Positions 9,675-19,848 are shown, counted from the first letter of the stretch. The stretch is DNA of 64,000 bases from an uncultured Chloroflexia bacterium (GCA_963746845.1 CAVVCZ010000004.1:448001-512000), one strand, 5' to 3'. Numbers and translations are program-made. The notes: generated by a model not told the origin, from the sequence alone.

Positions 9675-10631
9675 ATGGGCTCGTATACCGAGGCCGTCCC
9701 GGCCACCGAACCGGCCGCCCGCGTCACGCGCCGTCGCGGCGCCCGTCTCCGGCTGACCCGCGACGGCCTGAGCACGTTCGCGTTCCTGCTGCCGCTCCTG
9801 GTCGTGTTCGGGCTGTTCGCCTGGTTCCCGATCCTGCGGGCCGTCGTCATGAGCCTGCAGGAGACGAATCTCGTGTCGACGCCGACGTTCGTCGGCATCG
9901 AGAACTTCGGCCGCGTCCTGGCGGACCCCCAGTTCGGGATCGCGGTCGCGAACACGGCCTGGTTCGCGCTCCTCGCGTTGATCTTCGGGTTCCCAGTCCC
10001 GATCATCCTCGCCGTCCTGATGAGCGAGGTCCGACGCGGCCGGGGCCTCTACAGCGCGCTGGCCTACCTGCCGGTCGTCATCCCGCCGGTCGTGTCGGTC
10101 CTCCTCTGGCGGTTCTTCTACAACGCCTCCGCGAACGGCGTGTTCAACACGGTGCTCGGCTGGTTCGGGGCAGGCCCGTTGCCGTGGCTGCAGAGCTCCG
10201 CCAGCGCGATGCCGTCGATCGTCATCGAAGCGACGTGGGCGAATGCCGGGGCCACGGTGATCATCTACCTCGCGGCGCTCGTCTCGGTCCCGCCGGAGCT
10301 GTACGACGCGGCCGACGTCGACGGCGCGTCGATCTGGCAGAAGATCCGGCACGTCACGCTGCCGCACCTGCGCACCGTGCTGATCCTGACCCTGATCCTC
10401 CAGCTGATCGCGACGGCCCAGCTCTTCACCGAGCCGCTCCTGTTCACGGCCGGCGGCCCGAACAACGCGACACTGACCGTCCTGCTCCTCATCTACCGCT
10501 ACGCGTTCCAGAACAGCCTCGGCGGCGACTACGGCATGGCGGCGGCGCTGAGCCTGATGCTCGCCGGGTTCCTCGCGATCTTCACCGCCGGCTATTACTG
10601 GCTGACCCGGTCGTGGAGCACGAGCTCGTGA
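9675..10631 (+). CDS. Carbohydrate ABC transporter permease (MalF-like)
   Basis: Multiple TM helices; EAA-type loop ELYDAADVDGAS; TAGGPNNAT. Confidence 0.92.
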   Translation: MGSYTEAVPATEPAARVTRRRGARLRLTRDGLSTFAFLLPLLVVFGLFAWFPILRAVVMSLQETNLVSTPTFVGIENFGRVLADPQFGIAVANTAWFALLALIFGFPVPIILAVLMSEVRRGRGLYSALAYLPVVIPPVVSVLLWRFFYNASANGVFNTVLGWFGAGPLPWLQSSASAMPSIVIEATWANAGATVIIYLAALVSVPPELYDAADVDGASIWQKIRHVTLPHLRTVLILTLILQLIATAQLFTEPLLFTAGGPNNATLTVLLLIYRYAFQNSLGGDYGMAAALSLMLAGFLAIFTAGYYWLTRSWSTSS

Positions 10632-11554
10632 GGCCGTTCAGGTCGCGACACGCAGCGACGGGCGATCAGACCGGTTCGACCGAGCGCGGGATCATCTCCG
10701 GCGCGGACTGGCGCCAGCGACGGGTCCGCTGGCCGGTCCGGTTCCTCCACGTGCTCACGCTGGCGTTCCTGCTCGTCGTGGGCCTCGGCCCGCTCCTCTG
10801 GATGATCAAGTCGTCGATCACGCCGACCCAGGACACTCTGCGCTACCCGATGGCCCTCTGGCCGAACGGGTTCGACATCGGCCAGCTCGCCACCGCCTGG
10901 TCGCGGACCCACATCGATCGGTACCTGTGGAACACGGTCGTCATCGCGTTCGGATCGTGGGCGAGCCAGCTGTTCGTCGCCACGACTGCGGGCTTCGCCC
11001 TGTCCGTCCTGCGCCCGCGGTTCGGCCGGCTCCTGACCGGGCTCGTGATCGCGACGCTCTTCGTCCCACCGATCGTTCTGCTCGTGCCGCTCTACCTGAC
11101 CATCGTCGACGTGCCGCTCGTCCATGCCCGGATGATCGACAGCTACTGGGCGATCTGGCTGCCGGCCGCGGCGAGCGCGGTGAACGTGGTGCTGATCAAG
11201 CGCTTCTTCGACAACCTGCCCCGCGAGATCTTCGAGGCGGCCCGGGTCGACGGCGCGGGTCCGTTCCGGTTGTTCTGGTCGATCGTCCTGCCGATGTCAC
11301 GGCCGATCCTCGGTGTGGTCTCCGTGTTCGCCGTGATCGCGACCTGGAAGGACTACCTGTGGCCGTTGCTCGTGATCCGGAACCCCAACCTCCAGCCGCT
11401 GTCCGTTCGACTCCCGACGCTCCAGCCGACCACGGACCTGGGGGTGTTCATCGCGGCCCTCACGATCTCGAGCCTGATCCCGATCGTCCTCTTCCTGGTG
11501 TTCCAGCGTCTGTTCCTGAACGGCGGCGCGCTGAGCGGGGCGATCAAGGGCTGA
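10628..11554 (+). CDS. Carbohydrate ABC transporter permease (MalG-like)
   Basis: GTG at 10628 overlaps the previous stop; EIFEAARVDGAG, WKDYLWP, C-terminal GAIKG. Confidence 0.92.
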   Translation: MRPFRSRHAATGDQTGSTERGIISGADWRQRRVRWPVRFLHVLTLAFLLVVGLGPLLWMIKSSITPTQDTLRYPMALWPNGFDIGQLATAWSRTHIDRYLWNTVVIAFGSWASQLFVATTAGFALSVLRPRFGRLLTGLVIATLFVPPIVLLVPLYLTIVDVPLVHARMIDSYWAIWLPAAASAVNVVLIKRFFDNLPREIFEAARVDGAGPFRLFWSIVLPMSRPILGVVSVFAVIATWKDYLWPLLVIRNPNLQPLSVRLPTLQPTTDLGVFIAALTISSLIPIVLFLVFQRLFLNGGALSGAIKG

Positions 11555-11687
11555 CCGGACGGGGACACCCCACCCCGACGACACCGGGCAGGCACCATCG
11601 CGCCCCGTCGCGGCGGCGCCGACAATCGCCTGCATTCCGTCGTTGCCCGACCGAACGACAGCGCCACCAGCCCTGGGGGATGCCTCG

Positions 11688-12536
11688 ATGCGACACACCG
11701 CTAGCCTCACCGTCGTGTTCGTGATTGCGGCCACGCTGCTCGCGGCGTGCAACACCGCCGCCTCGCCATCGTCCGGATCGTCCCTGACCGGGCGGACGTG
11801 GGCCCTGAACGCGATCACCGGCAAGACGCCGGCGTACCAGGGCGTCCTCCCGGCGGTCACCCAGCCGGACTACACGATCACCTTCGCGACCGACGGCACG
11901 TACTCCGGCACCGCGGGTTGCAACCAGATCGCCGGCACGTACAAGACCAGCGGCAACACGCTGACGATCACCGCCGGCGCTTCGACGCTCGCCTTCTGCC
12001 CGGACGATGACTTCGGCAGCCTCTTCGTCCACGCACTGACCCAGGCCGCCACCTACGCCGTGGCGAACGACACGCTGACGATCACCACATCCGATGGCGG
12101 CACGATGACCTTCGGCCCGCCACCGGTCGTCCCGTCCAGCGCCCAGTCCAGTGCGATCGCGTCGTCGGCGCCCGCCGGCAGCCCGCCGGCCGACCTGATC
12201 GGCAAGACCTGGAAGCTCACGGCGATCACCGAGACCGTCCCCGCGTTCCAGGGGGTCGTGCCGGCCGCGGACCAGGCGAACTACACCATCGAGTTTGCCG
12301 CCGACGGGACGTTCGCGGCCAAGGCCGACTGCAACCAGGTTGCCGGGACCTACGCCGTCGGGACCGGCGGAGCGATCACGATCACGCCCGGACCGTCGAC
12401 CATGGCGGCGTGCCCGCCAGGCTCGATGGGTGACCTGTTCGTGATCGGCCTGGGCGAGGCGGCCAGCTATGCGATCGCCGGCGACCAGCTGACGCTGACG
12501 CTCGGGAGCGGTGGGACGCTGGTCTTCAGCTCCTGA
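11688..12536 (+). CDS. Lipoprotein with two tandem META (HslJ-like) domains
   Basis: Lipobox LLAAC and two similar units (L.G.TW.L.AIT...F..DGT.....CNQ.AGTY...ST.A.CP...LT.T...GGT). Confidence 0.8.
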   Translation: MRHTASLTVVFVIAATLLAACNTAASPSSGSSLTGRTWALNAITGKTPAYQGVLPAVTQPDYTITFATDGTYSGTAGCNQIAGTYKTSGNTLTITAGASTLAFCPDDDFGSLFVHALTQAATYAVANDTLTITTSDGGTMTFGPPPVVPSSAQSSAIASSAPAGSPPADLIGKTWKLTAITETVPAFQGVVPAADQANYTIEFAADGTFAAKADCNQVAGTYAVGTGGAITITPGPSTMAACPPGSMGDLFVIGLGEAASYAIAGDQLTLTLGSGGTLVFSS

Positions 12537-12605
12537 CCGGAAAGGATCGGACCCCGATCCGGTAGTCTCGACAACCGCGTCGCCATGGAGGAGGGTCCGA
12601 GTCCG

Positions 12606-13409
12606 ATGACCGCCCAGGTTCCCGTGCTCCGGGAGCACGGCAATGCCTACAACATCTTCATCCTCGTCCTGACCCTGGCTTCGCTCGCGATCATGGTCCT
12701 GCTGGTCCTGCCGATCCCGCAGGTCGAGCGGGACCTCCTGACCGTCTACGACAACCTCATCTGCGTGATCTTCCTCGCCGACTTCGGCTTCAACCTGGCG
12801 GGGTCGAAGCCGAGGCGGGCGTACTTCATCGGTGCCCGCGGCTGGCTCGATCTGCTCGGGTCGATCCCCAGCTTCGGGTTCCTCCGGTTCACCGCCCTCT
12901 TCCGGCTGGCGCGGCTGAGCCGGCTGGCACGGATCGGCCGCCTGATGGGTGGCCAGAACCGCAAGCAGCTCGTCGACGACGTCCTCCAGAACCGCGGGCA
13001 GTACGCCACGTTCATCACGATCCTGTCGGCGGGGCTCGTCCTCGTCGCGGCCAGCGTGCTCGTCCTCGCGTTTGAGGAAGGGGCGCCCGACGGCAACATC
13101 AAGACCGGCGGCGACGCACTGTGGTGGGGCGTCGTGACGATCACGACCGTCGGCTACGGCGATCGATTCCCGGTCACGCTCCTGGGTCGTCTCACCGGAT
13201 TCTCCGTGATGATCGCGGGCGTCGGCATCATCGGCGCGTTGGCCAGCATCCTGGCAAGCCTGCTGGTGTCACCGACGGCGGCGGAGGAGGACGCGGACGA
13301 GGATCCGGCTCCCGGCGCGCTCCCGAGCGACGCGATCCTCGCCAAGCTGACCGACCTCCAGGGCCAGGTCGCGGCACTCCGCGCCGAGGTGGCGGCCGGC
13401 CGGACCTGA
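12606..13409 (+). CDS. Six-TM voltage-gated potassium channel-like protein
   Basis: S4-like RLARLSRLARIGR segment and TTVGYGD selectivity filter. Confidence 0.88.
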   Translation: MTAQVPVLREHGNAYNIFILVLTLASLAIMVLLVLPIPQVERDLLTVYDNLICVIFLADFGFNLAGSKPRRAYFIGARGWLDLLGSIPSFGFLRFTALFRLARLSRLARIGRLMGGQNRKQLVDDVLQNRGQYATFITILSAGLVLVAASVLVLAFEEGAPDGNIKTGGDALWWGVVTITTVGYGDRFPVTLLGRLTGFSVMIAGVGIIGALASILASLLVSPTAAEEDADEDPAPGALPSDAILAKLTDLQGQVAALRAEVAAGRT

Positions 13410-13467
13410 CGAATCGCGCCACCGGGCGGCTGGTGGCGCATCCTGTGCTCTCGCCCCGTTCGAGGAG

Positions 13468-14280
13468 ATGGATGTGAGAGTCGCGGGCAAGGTCGTGGTG
13501 GTGACGGGCGCCGGCAGCGGGATCGGCCGCGCGGTCGCGCTCGAGGCGCTGATCCGCGGGGCGCGCGTGGCCGCCGTCGATCGCAACCCGGAGACGCTCG
13601 AGGAGACCGCGACGCTTGCCGTCGCCGGCGGCCGGCTCTCGACCCATGTGCTGGACATCACGGACAAGTCGGCCGTTGCCGGGCTCCCCGCCGACGTCGC
13701 GGCGCGCCACGGGGCCGTCGACGGCCTCATCCACTGTGCCGGCATCATCCAGCCGTTCGTGAGGCTGAAGGACCTCGACGACGCGGCGATCGACCGGGTT
13801 TTCGCGGTCAACTGGTGGGGCACCCTGCACCTGACCAGGACGTTCCTGCCCGTCCTCCTCGACCGGCCCGAGGGTCACATCGTCAACGTGTCGAGCATGG
13901 GCGGCTTCCTGCCGGTGCCCGGGCAGACGATCTACGGGGCGTCGAAGGCGGCCGTCAAGCTCCTGACCGAAGGCCTCCACGCCGAATGCCGCGGCACGCG
14001 CGTCCATGTCACCGTCGTGTTCCCGGGCGCGGTGGCGACGAACATCACGACCAACTCGGGCGTCGACATCCCGCTCACCGGCATCGACGTCGAGGCCCAG
14101 ATGCGACGGACGACGTCGCCCGCGAAGGCCGCGCAGATCATCCTCACCGGCATGGAGAAGGACGCCTACCGCGTGATGGTCGGCCGGGACGCGACGATGA
14201 TGGACGCGCTCTACCGGCTGAGCCCGAGGCGGGCGTCCGCGTTCATCGCGAACCAGATGAAGGACCTGCTCGGCAGCTGA
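13468..14280 (+). CDS. Short-chain dehydrogenase/reductase (SDR)
   Basis: TGAGSGIG, NVSS and YGASK motifs. Confidence 0.92.
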   Translation: MDVRVAGKVVVVTGAGSGIGRAVALEALIRGARVAAVDRNPETLEETATLAVAGGRLSTHVLDITDKSAVAGLPADVAARHGAVDGLIHCAGIIQPFVRLKDLDDAAIDRVFAVNWWGTLHLTRTFLPVLLDRPEGHIVNVSSMGGFLPVPGQTIYGASKAAVKLLTEGLHAECRGTRVHVTVVFPGAVATNITTNSGVDIPLTGIDVEAQMRRTTSPAKAAQIILTGMEKDAYRVMVGRDATMMDALYRLSPRRASAFIANQMKDLLGS

Positions 14281-14327
14281 CTCGATCGCCCGACGCCGTG
14301 GCGATCAGGCTCTCGGAGCCGTTCGGG

Positions 14328-15692
14328 CTAGCCGGCGATCCGGATGACCTTCTTGTTCACGAACTCATCGGCCGCCAGCAGACCCAGCTCACGAGCCGTA
14401 CCGCTGCTCTTGACGCCGCCGAACGGCAGTTCGGGACTGTCGGCCAGCACCAGATTGATGTAGACCATGCCCGCCTCGATTCGATCGGCGACCCGGGCCG
14501 CCTGTTCCGGATCATTGCTGAACACGTACGAACCCAGCCCGAAGCCGGTGTCATTGGCCAGCGTGACCGCTGCGTCCTCGTCGGCCACCCGGTAGACGAC
14601 TCCGACTGGTCCGAAGAACTCCTCCCGATAGGCCTCCATGTCGGGCGTCACGCCGATCAGCACGGTCGGCGGAACGTACGCACCGTCCCGGGAGCCGCCC
14701 GTCACGACGGTCGCGCCCTGCGCCACCGCCCGATCGACCTGGTCCTGTAGCCGTGTCGCCGCGGCGACGGACGACAGCGGCCCGAGCACCGTCTCCTCGA
14801 CCAGCGGGTCACCCACCGGCGCCGCGGCCATTGCTGCGGTGAACCCGGTCAGGAACGCCTCGTACAACTCGTCCACCACGATGAATCGCTTGGCGCCGTT
14901 GCAGGACTGGCCGGTGTTGTCCAGCCGTGCCGCGGTCGCCGCCGCCACCACCGCGTCAAGATCATCGGTGGCCAGCACGAGGAACGGATCCGAGCCGCCG
15001 AGCTCCAGGGCCACCTTCTTCAGGTGCCGCCCGGCCACCTCGGCGACCGCCGCCCCGGCCCGCTGCGAGCCGGTCACCGATACGCCCTGGATCCGCGGAT
15101 CGGCGATGATCGTCGCGGCCTGCTCAGTGCTGACGTAGACGTTGAGGTAGGCGCCCTCCGGCAGCCCGGCGTCGCGATAGATCGCCTCGATGGCCGCGGC
15201 CGACTCCGGGCACTGCGATGCATGCTTCAAGACGATGGCATTGCCGAGGACCAGGTTCGGCGCCGCGAACCTGGCCACCTGGTAGTAGGGAAAGTTCCAG
15301 GGCATGATCCCGAGGAGCACGCCCAGCGGGCTGCGCCGGATCACGGCGGTGCCCTGGCCCAGGATGGTGAGCGGCTGATCGGCGGTGATCACGTCCGCCT
15401 GATCCGCGTAGTACTCGGTGATGTCGGCGGCGAAGTCGACCTCGCCGAGCGCGCCGGCTTTCACCTTGCCCATCTCCCGGACGATGATGGCGGCCAGCTC
15501 CGCCCGACGTTCCCGATGCAGCTGGGCCGCCCGGCGGACGATCCCGGCCCGCTCGGCGACCGGGAGCTTCCGCCAGGTCTCGAACCCCGCTTCGGCCGCG
15601 GCAAGTGCCCCTTCGACCTGGGCATCGGTGAAGGTGTCGTAGCGGGCCACGGTCTCCCCGGTGGCCGGGTTCACGACGGCGTACTCGCTCAT
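14328..15692 (-). CDS. NAD(P)-dependent succinate-semialdehyde dehydrogenase family aldehyde dehydrogenase
   Basis: IMPWNFPYYQ, LKHAS, LELGGSDP, NTGQSC, EEFFGP and PFGGVKSSG motifs. Confidence 0.88.
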   Translation of the reverse strand: MSEYAVVNPATGETVARYDTFTDAQVEGALAAAEAGFETWRKLPVAERAGIVRRAAQLHRERRAELAAIIVREMGKVKAGALGEVDFAADITEYYADQADVITADQPLTILGQGTAVIRRSPLGVLLGIMPWNFPYYQVARFAAPNLVLGNAIVLKHASQCPESAAAIEAIYRDAGLPEGAYLNVYVSTEQAATIIADPRIQGVSVTGSQRAGAAVAEVAGRHLKKVALELGGSDPFLVLATDDLDAVVAAATAARLDNTGQSCNGAKRFIVVDELYEAFLTGFTAAMAAAPVGDPLVEETVLGPLSSVAAATRLQDQVDRAVAQGATVVTGGSRDGAYVPPTVLIGVTPDMEAYREEFFGPVGVVYRVADEDAAVTLANDTGFGLGSYVFSNDPEQAARVADRIEAGMVYINLVLADSPELPFGGVKSSGTARELGLLAADEFVNKKVIRIAG

Positions 15693-15734
15693 GATCGTTC
15701 CTTTCGCCGCTGAGCCCAGCGGCCGGGCGCGACG

Positions 15735-16379
15735 CTAGCTGTCGAACGGCGCCTGCGCGATCTCCTCGAGCAGGCCCGTGGCGACCATCTCCGCGGCCGG
15801 GCAGGTCGGCTTGCGCGACGCCTGGTCGACGATGCGGGCGGTGAACTCCCGCTTGAAGTCGACCCGGGGATACGCGGCAAGCAATCCGGCGATGATCGCG
15901 GGTTGAACGTCGGCGAAGCGGTGGCCGGTCACGTCGGTGCCGGCCGAGTCCCAGAGCAGCACGACCTCGGACGCGGTATCTGGCGGCAGGTTCTCGTCAT
16001 TGTGCAGCGCGATCACGTCGTGGATCGCTCGGGCGCGCGCCTCCGGTTCCCCGGCCTCGCGCACGAGCCGCTCCGCGGCGATCGCGCCGTCGACCTCGTA
16101 GCAGCCGCCGATGTCGTACGCCGGAATCAGGCCGATGTCGTGGAGCATCGCGGACACGTAGAGGATCTCGGGATCGAACTGGAGCCGGTCGTGCCGCGCC
16201 AGCTCGACGGCCCAGGCATAGACCCGGACCGAGTGGTTCACGAGGAAGGGTGCCGTAACGTCCGCGATGAGCTCCCGGGCTCGCCGCGCGAGCGCGGAAT
16301 CCGGAAGGGGCATCCCGAGCTCGATGAGTGCCTCGTCCATCATCTGATCCGCCGGTTGGCCACCGAGCTTCGCCGCCAC
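15735..16379 (-). CDS. HD-domain protein (cyanamide hydratase-like family)
   Basis: NHSVRVYAWA, MLHDIGL, EVDGAIAA, IALH and AYPR..FK motifs. Alternative start ATG at 16343. Confidence 0.75.
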   Translation of the reverse strand: MAAKLGGQPADQMMDEALIELGMPLPDSALARRARELIADVTAPFLVNHSVRVYAWAVELARHDRLQFDPEILYVSAMLHDIGLIPAYDIGGCYEVDGAIAAERLVREAGEPEARARAIHDVIALHNDENLPPDTASEVVLLWDSAGTDVTGHRFADVQPAIIAGLLAAYPRVDFKREFTARIVDQASRKPTCPAAEMVATGLLEEIAQAPFDS

Positions 16380-16406
16380 GGTTGCAGGCGACCGTGACGA
16401 TCCCTC

Positions 16407-16425
16407 GTGACATGCCGCGTGTCAC
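16407..16425. promoter_or_regulatory. GTGACA-N7-TGTCAC palindrome (copy 1)
   Basis: GTGACAtgccgcgTGTCAC at the rarA stop, upstream of the HD gene. On the minus strand it is followed after 10 nt by CACGGT. Confidence 0.55.
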
Positions 16426-17933
16426 GTCCCGTCGGACGCGTCCTTCTTCTGCGTGTCGGCGATCCGCTTGCGGTTCTCCTCGCGCGGACGCAATCCATCG
16501 CTCATCGACGCCATCGGCCTGTCCGTTCGCTGCTTCCGTAGAGGGCGTTCCTTGCGGGCCGCCTCGCGTGCGGCCATCCGCGCCGCGATCGTCGCCTCGT
16601 AACCCTGATCGCCCGGGACGTAATAGCGACCACCGACCAACTCGTCGGGGAGGTACTGCTGTTCGATGTCGTCACCCTCGAAGTCGTGCGGGAACTTGTA
16701 GCCCACCCCGATGCCGTGCGCCTTCATCCGACGATCACCCGCCGAGCGGAGGTGGTTCGGAACGGGGAGCGACCCGTGTTTGAGGACGTCCGCCATCGCT
16801 GCGCCGTACGCGCGGCCGATGGAGTCGGACTTGGGAGACGACGAAAGATGGACCGTCGCCTGGGCGAGGGCGAACTGGGCTTCCGGCAGCCCGACGTGGT
16901 CGAGCGCCTGCGCGGCCGCGACGGCGACCTGGAGCGCCCGCGGGTCGGCATTCCCGACGTCCTCGGACGCGCTGATGATCAGCCGCCGGGCGATGAACCG
17001 GGGATCCTCGCCGGCCGCGATCATCGCCGCGAGCCAGTACAGCGCGGCATCCGGGTCGTTGCCGCGCAGGCTCTTGATGAACGCCGACACCGTGTCGTAG
17101 TGACCGTCCCCGGCGCGGTCGTAGGCGAGGATCCGTTGCTGGGCGGCCGCCTCGACATCCTCCAGTCGCGGCGAGACCCGCCCGTCGGAGTCGCGGACCC
17201 CCTCGGCCTCGGCCAGCGCGACCGCCCCCTCGAGCACGTTCATCGCGGTCCGTGCATCCCCGCCCGAGAGCGAGATCAGGTGGTCGAACGCCGCCGGCTC
17301 CAGCGCGATGCCGCCGTCCGGCCCGAGACCGCCCGCGAGCCCGCGCTCCGGGTCCTCCAGGGCGCGGCGCACCACCGTTGCGACGTCGTCGTCGGACAGC
17401 GTGTCGAGCCGCCAGACCCGCATCCGCGAGAGGAGGGCGGCATTCACCTCGAAGTACGGGTTCTCGGTCGTCGCCCCGATCAATGTGACCGTCCCGTCCT
17501 CGACGTGGGGGAGGAGCGCATCCTGCTGGGCTTTGTTGAACCGATGGATCTCGTCGAGGAAGAGGACCGTCCGCTCCCGGTTCAGCGCGAGGCGATCCTG
17601 GGACTCGGCGATCGTCGCCCGGACGTCGGCGACGCCGCTCATCACCGCCGAGAGGGTCACGAAGTGCGCACCGACCTCCTGGGCGAGGAGCCGGGCGAGG
17701 CTCGTCTTGCCGGTACCCGGCGGGCCCCACAGGAGCGTCGAGGAGAGGTGACCCCGGGCGACGCTGCGACGAAGCGGGCCGCGCTCGCCGACGAGGTGCT
17801 CCTGGCCGACGAATTCCGCGAGGGTCCGCGGGCGCATCCGGGCGGCGAGCGGCTGTCGCTCGGGCGGGGGCTGGAAGAGGCTCTCCGGCCGCGCGCCGCC
17901 GGAGCGGGCGGCGGGGGGACGTCGGGTCGGCAC
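16422..17933 (-). CDS. rarA: Replication-associated recombination protein A (RarA/MgsA AAA+ ATPase)
   Basis: PLAARMRP, WGPPGTGKTS, DEIHRFNKAQQD, GATTENP, SAFIKSLRGNDPDAALYW and ASEDVGNADP motifs. Confidence 0.95.
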   Translation of the reverse strand: MPTRRPPAARSGGARPESLFQPPPERQPLAARMRPRTLAEFVGQEHLVGERGPLRRSVARGHLSSTLLWGPPGTGKTSLARLLAQEVGAHFVTLSAVMSGVADVRATIAESQDRLALNRERTVLFLDEIHRFNKAQQDALLPHVEDGTVTLIGATTENPYFEVNAALLSRMRVWRLDTLSDDDVATVVRRALEDPERGLAGGLGPDGGIALEPAAFDHLISLSGGDARTAMNVLEGAVALAEAEGVRDSDGRVSPRLEDVEAAAQQRILAYDRAGDGHYDTVSAFIKSLRGNDPDAALYWLAAMIAAGEDPRFIARRLIISASEDVGNADPRALQVAVAAAQALDHVGLPEAQFALAQATVHLSSSPKSDSIGRAYGAAMADVLKHGSLPVPNHLRSAGDRRMKAHGIGVGYKFPHDFEGDDIEQQYLPDELVGGRYYVPGDQGYEATIAARMAAREAARKERPLRKQRTDRPMASMSDGLRPREENRKRIADTQKKDASDGT

Positions 17934-17985
17934 TGGGCGATGGTACGCGGGTCCGGCCGGGCGAAGCGACCGTCCGCGTCCGGCC

Positions 17986-19848
17986 TCAGGCCACCCGGTC
18001 CTGCGGGGTCCAGAGACGGCTCGGGCTCAGCTCGCCGAGACCCCGGCCGTCGCCCGGCAGCGGCGCATCGGGCACGGACTCGATCGCGTCGACGAACGCG
18101 GAGACGAGCCGCGGGTCGAGCTGGGAGCCGGCCGCGTCCTCGAGGCGGTGGAGGCTCTCGGCGATCGGCAACGCCTTGCGGTAGGGCCGCGACGTGGTCA
18201 TCGCCGAGAACGCGTCCGCGACGGCGAGCAGCCGGGCGATCAGCGGGATCCCCTCGCCGTTCAGGCCGTGGAGGTAGCCCGAGCCGTCCCACCGCTCGTG
18301 GTGATGGCGGATCCCGGCCCGGACCTCGTCGAGGTTCGGCAGGTCGCGGACGATCGCGTCACCGAGCGCGACGTGCTGCTTCACGATCGCGTACTCGTCG
18401 GCGGTGAGCGCCGCGGGCTTGCGGAGGATCGTGTCCGGGATGCCGATCTTGCCGACGTCGTGGAGGAGGCCGGCGATCGCCAGGGTTCGACGGAGCTCGG
18501 GGTCGATCCCGATCTGATCGGCCAGGAACAGCGCGTAGCGGGCGACGTCCTCGGAGTGCCGCTTCGTGTAGCGGTCCTTCGTGTCGACGGCCGTCACGAG
18601 CCCGACGAGGACGTCGAAGCTGGTCTTCTCGGACGGTGCCATCTCGGTCGGGTCGCTCCGGGCGACCCGGATCCGGTTGCCGCCGCTCGCTTTCGCCTCG
18701 CCGAGGGTCACGGTCGCGAGGGACAGGAGCTCGGTGGCGGCCTCGCCGTCGACCGGCGCGAAACAGATCCCGGCGCTGACGGTGAGCGGCAGCCGCTCGG
18801 ACGAGCCGAACTGGAGGTGGAGATCGGCGAGCCGGTTGCCGAGCCGCTCGATCGCGGGCTCGAGATCGTGGATGCACTCGGGCGGGGCGATGACGATCAG
18901 CTCGTCCGGGCCGTAGCGCCCGAGGACCGAGGCGTCCGACAGCTCGTGCCGGAGAGCGTTGGCGACCTGGCGCAGCGCGGTGTCGCCCGCCGTGTGGCCA
19001 TGGGTGTCGTTCAGGAGGCGGAAGTTGTCGATGTCGACGAGCGCGACCCCGATCGCCCCACCGTCGCGCCGGACCTCCTCGAGCATCCGGGCAAGGATCG
19101 CGACCGCGGTCCCGTGGTTGTACATGCCGGTGAGCGCGTCGCGCTTCTGCGCCTCGAGCAGCTCGTCGGTCTGGCGGGCGAGCCGGCCCTGGGCGGCCCG
19201 GAAGATCAGGTGGAGCAGGACGAGGAGGATGATCGCGGCGGTCGTCGTGATGATCAGGACGTCCCGCCGACCGGAGTCGGCGGCCGCAAGGACCGGCGCG
19301 GCGTCGCGATAGATCTCGAAGACCGCCTCGACCTTTCCGGCCGGGTCGACGATCGGCAGGTACTCCTCGAGGAGGGTCGCACCGGGCGGGGCGCCGACGG
19401 TGCCGGCGTCGTTCTCGTCCGGGCGCTCGAGCGTGGCCACGGACCGGCCGGAGTCGATCGCCTCCGCGAGCTCGTCGTTCTCCGCGTCGCTCGCGCCCTC
19501 GAGCGTCTTGCGGTCGCTGAACAGGATCGAGCCGTTGGTCGAGTGGATCTTCAGCTGGAGGATGCCGTCGCCGAACGTCACGAGGTCGGCGAGATCCGCG
19601 CGGATGTTCTGCGAGCGTTCGAGGCTCGGTTCGGACCCGGAGAGGTCCGCCGGGGTCAGCAGCCGCGCGGCGAACGACCGGACGAGCGAGCGGTCGGCGG
19701 TGATCGTCGCGTCGACCGCGGCGTTCGAGACGTGCTCGCCGACGATCACGTCGAGCGCACCGGCGGTGACGATGACGAGGCCGAGCCCGGCGGCGTAGAC
19801 GATCACGAGCAACGCGCGCCGCCGCGGGTGGAACCGGGCGCGGCTCAT
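17986..19848 (-). CDS. Membrane sensor with a degenerate GGDEF domain and an HD-GYP phosphodiesterase domain
   Basis: Two TM helices around an extracytoplasmic domain; DALTG and DIDNF..NDTHGH..GD; RYGPDEL in place of GGDEF; HSEDV, LLHDVGKIG, HHERWDGSGYL and RPYRK. Confidence 0.88.
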   Translation of the reverse strand: MSRARFHPRRRALLVIVYAAGLGLVIVTAGALDVIVGEHVSNAAVDATITADRSLVRSFAARLLTPADLSGSEPSLERSQNIRADLADLVTFGDGILQLKIHSTNGSILFSDRKTLEGASDAENDELAEAIDSGRSVATLERPDENDAGTVGAPPGATLLEEYLPIVDPAGKVEAVFEIYRDAAPVLAAADSGRRDVLIITTTAAIILLVLLHLIFRAAQGRLARQTDELLEAQKRDALTGMYNHGTAVAILARMLEEVRRDGGAIGVALVDIDNFRLLNDTHGHTAGDTALRQVANALRHELSDASVLGRYGPDELIVIAPPECIHDLEPAIERLGNRLADLHLQFGSSERLPLTVSAGICFAPVDGEAATELLSLATVTLGEAKASGGNRIRVARSDPTEMAPSEKTSFDVLVGLVTAVDTKDRYTKRHSEDVARYALFLADQIGIDPELRRTLAIAGLLHDVGKIGIPDTILRKPAALTADEYAIVKQHVALGDAIVRDLPNLDEVRAGIRHHHERWDGSGYLHGLNGEGIPLIARLLAVADAFSAMTTSRPYRKALPIAESLHRLEDAAGSQLDPRLVSAFVDAIESVPDAPLPGDGRGLGELSPSRLWTPQDRVA

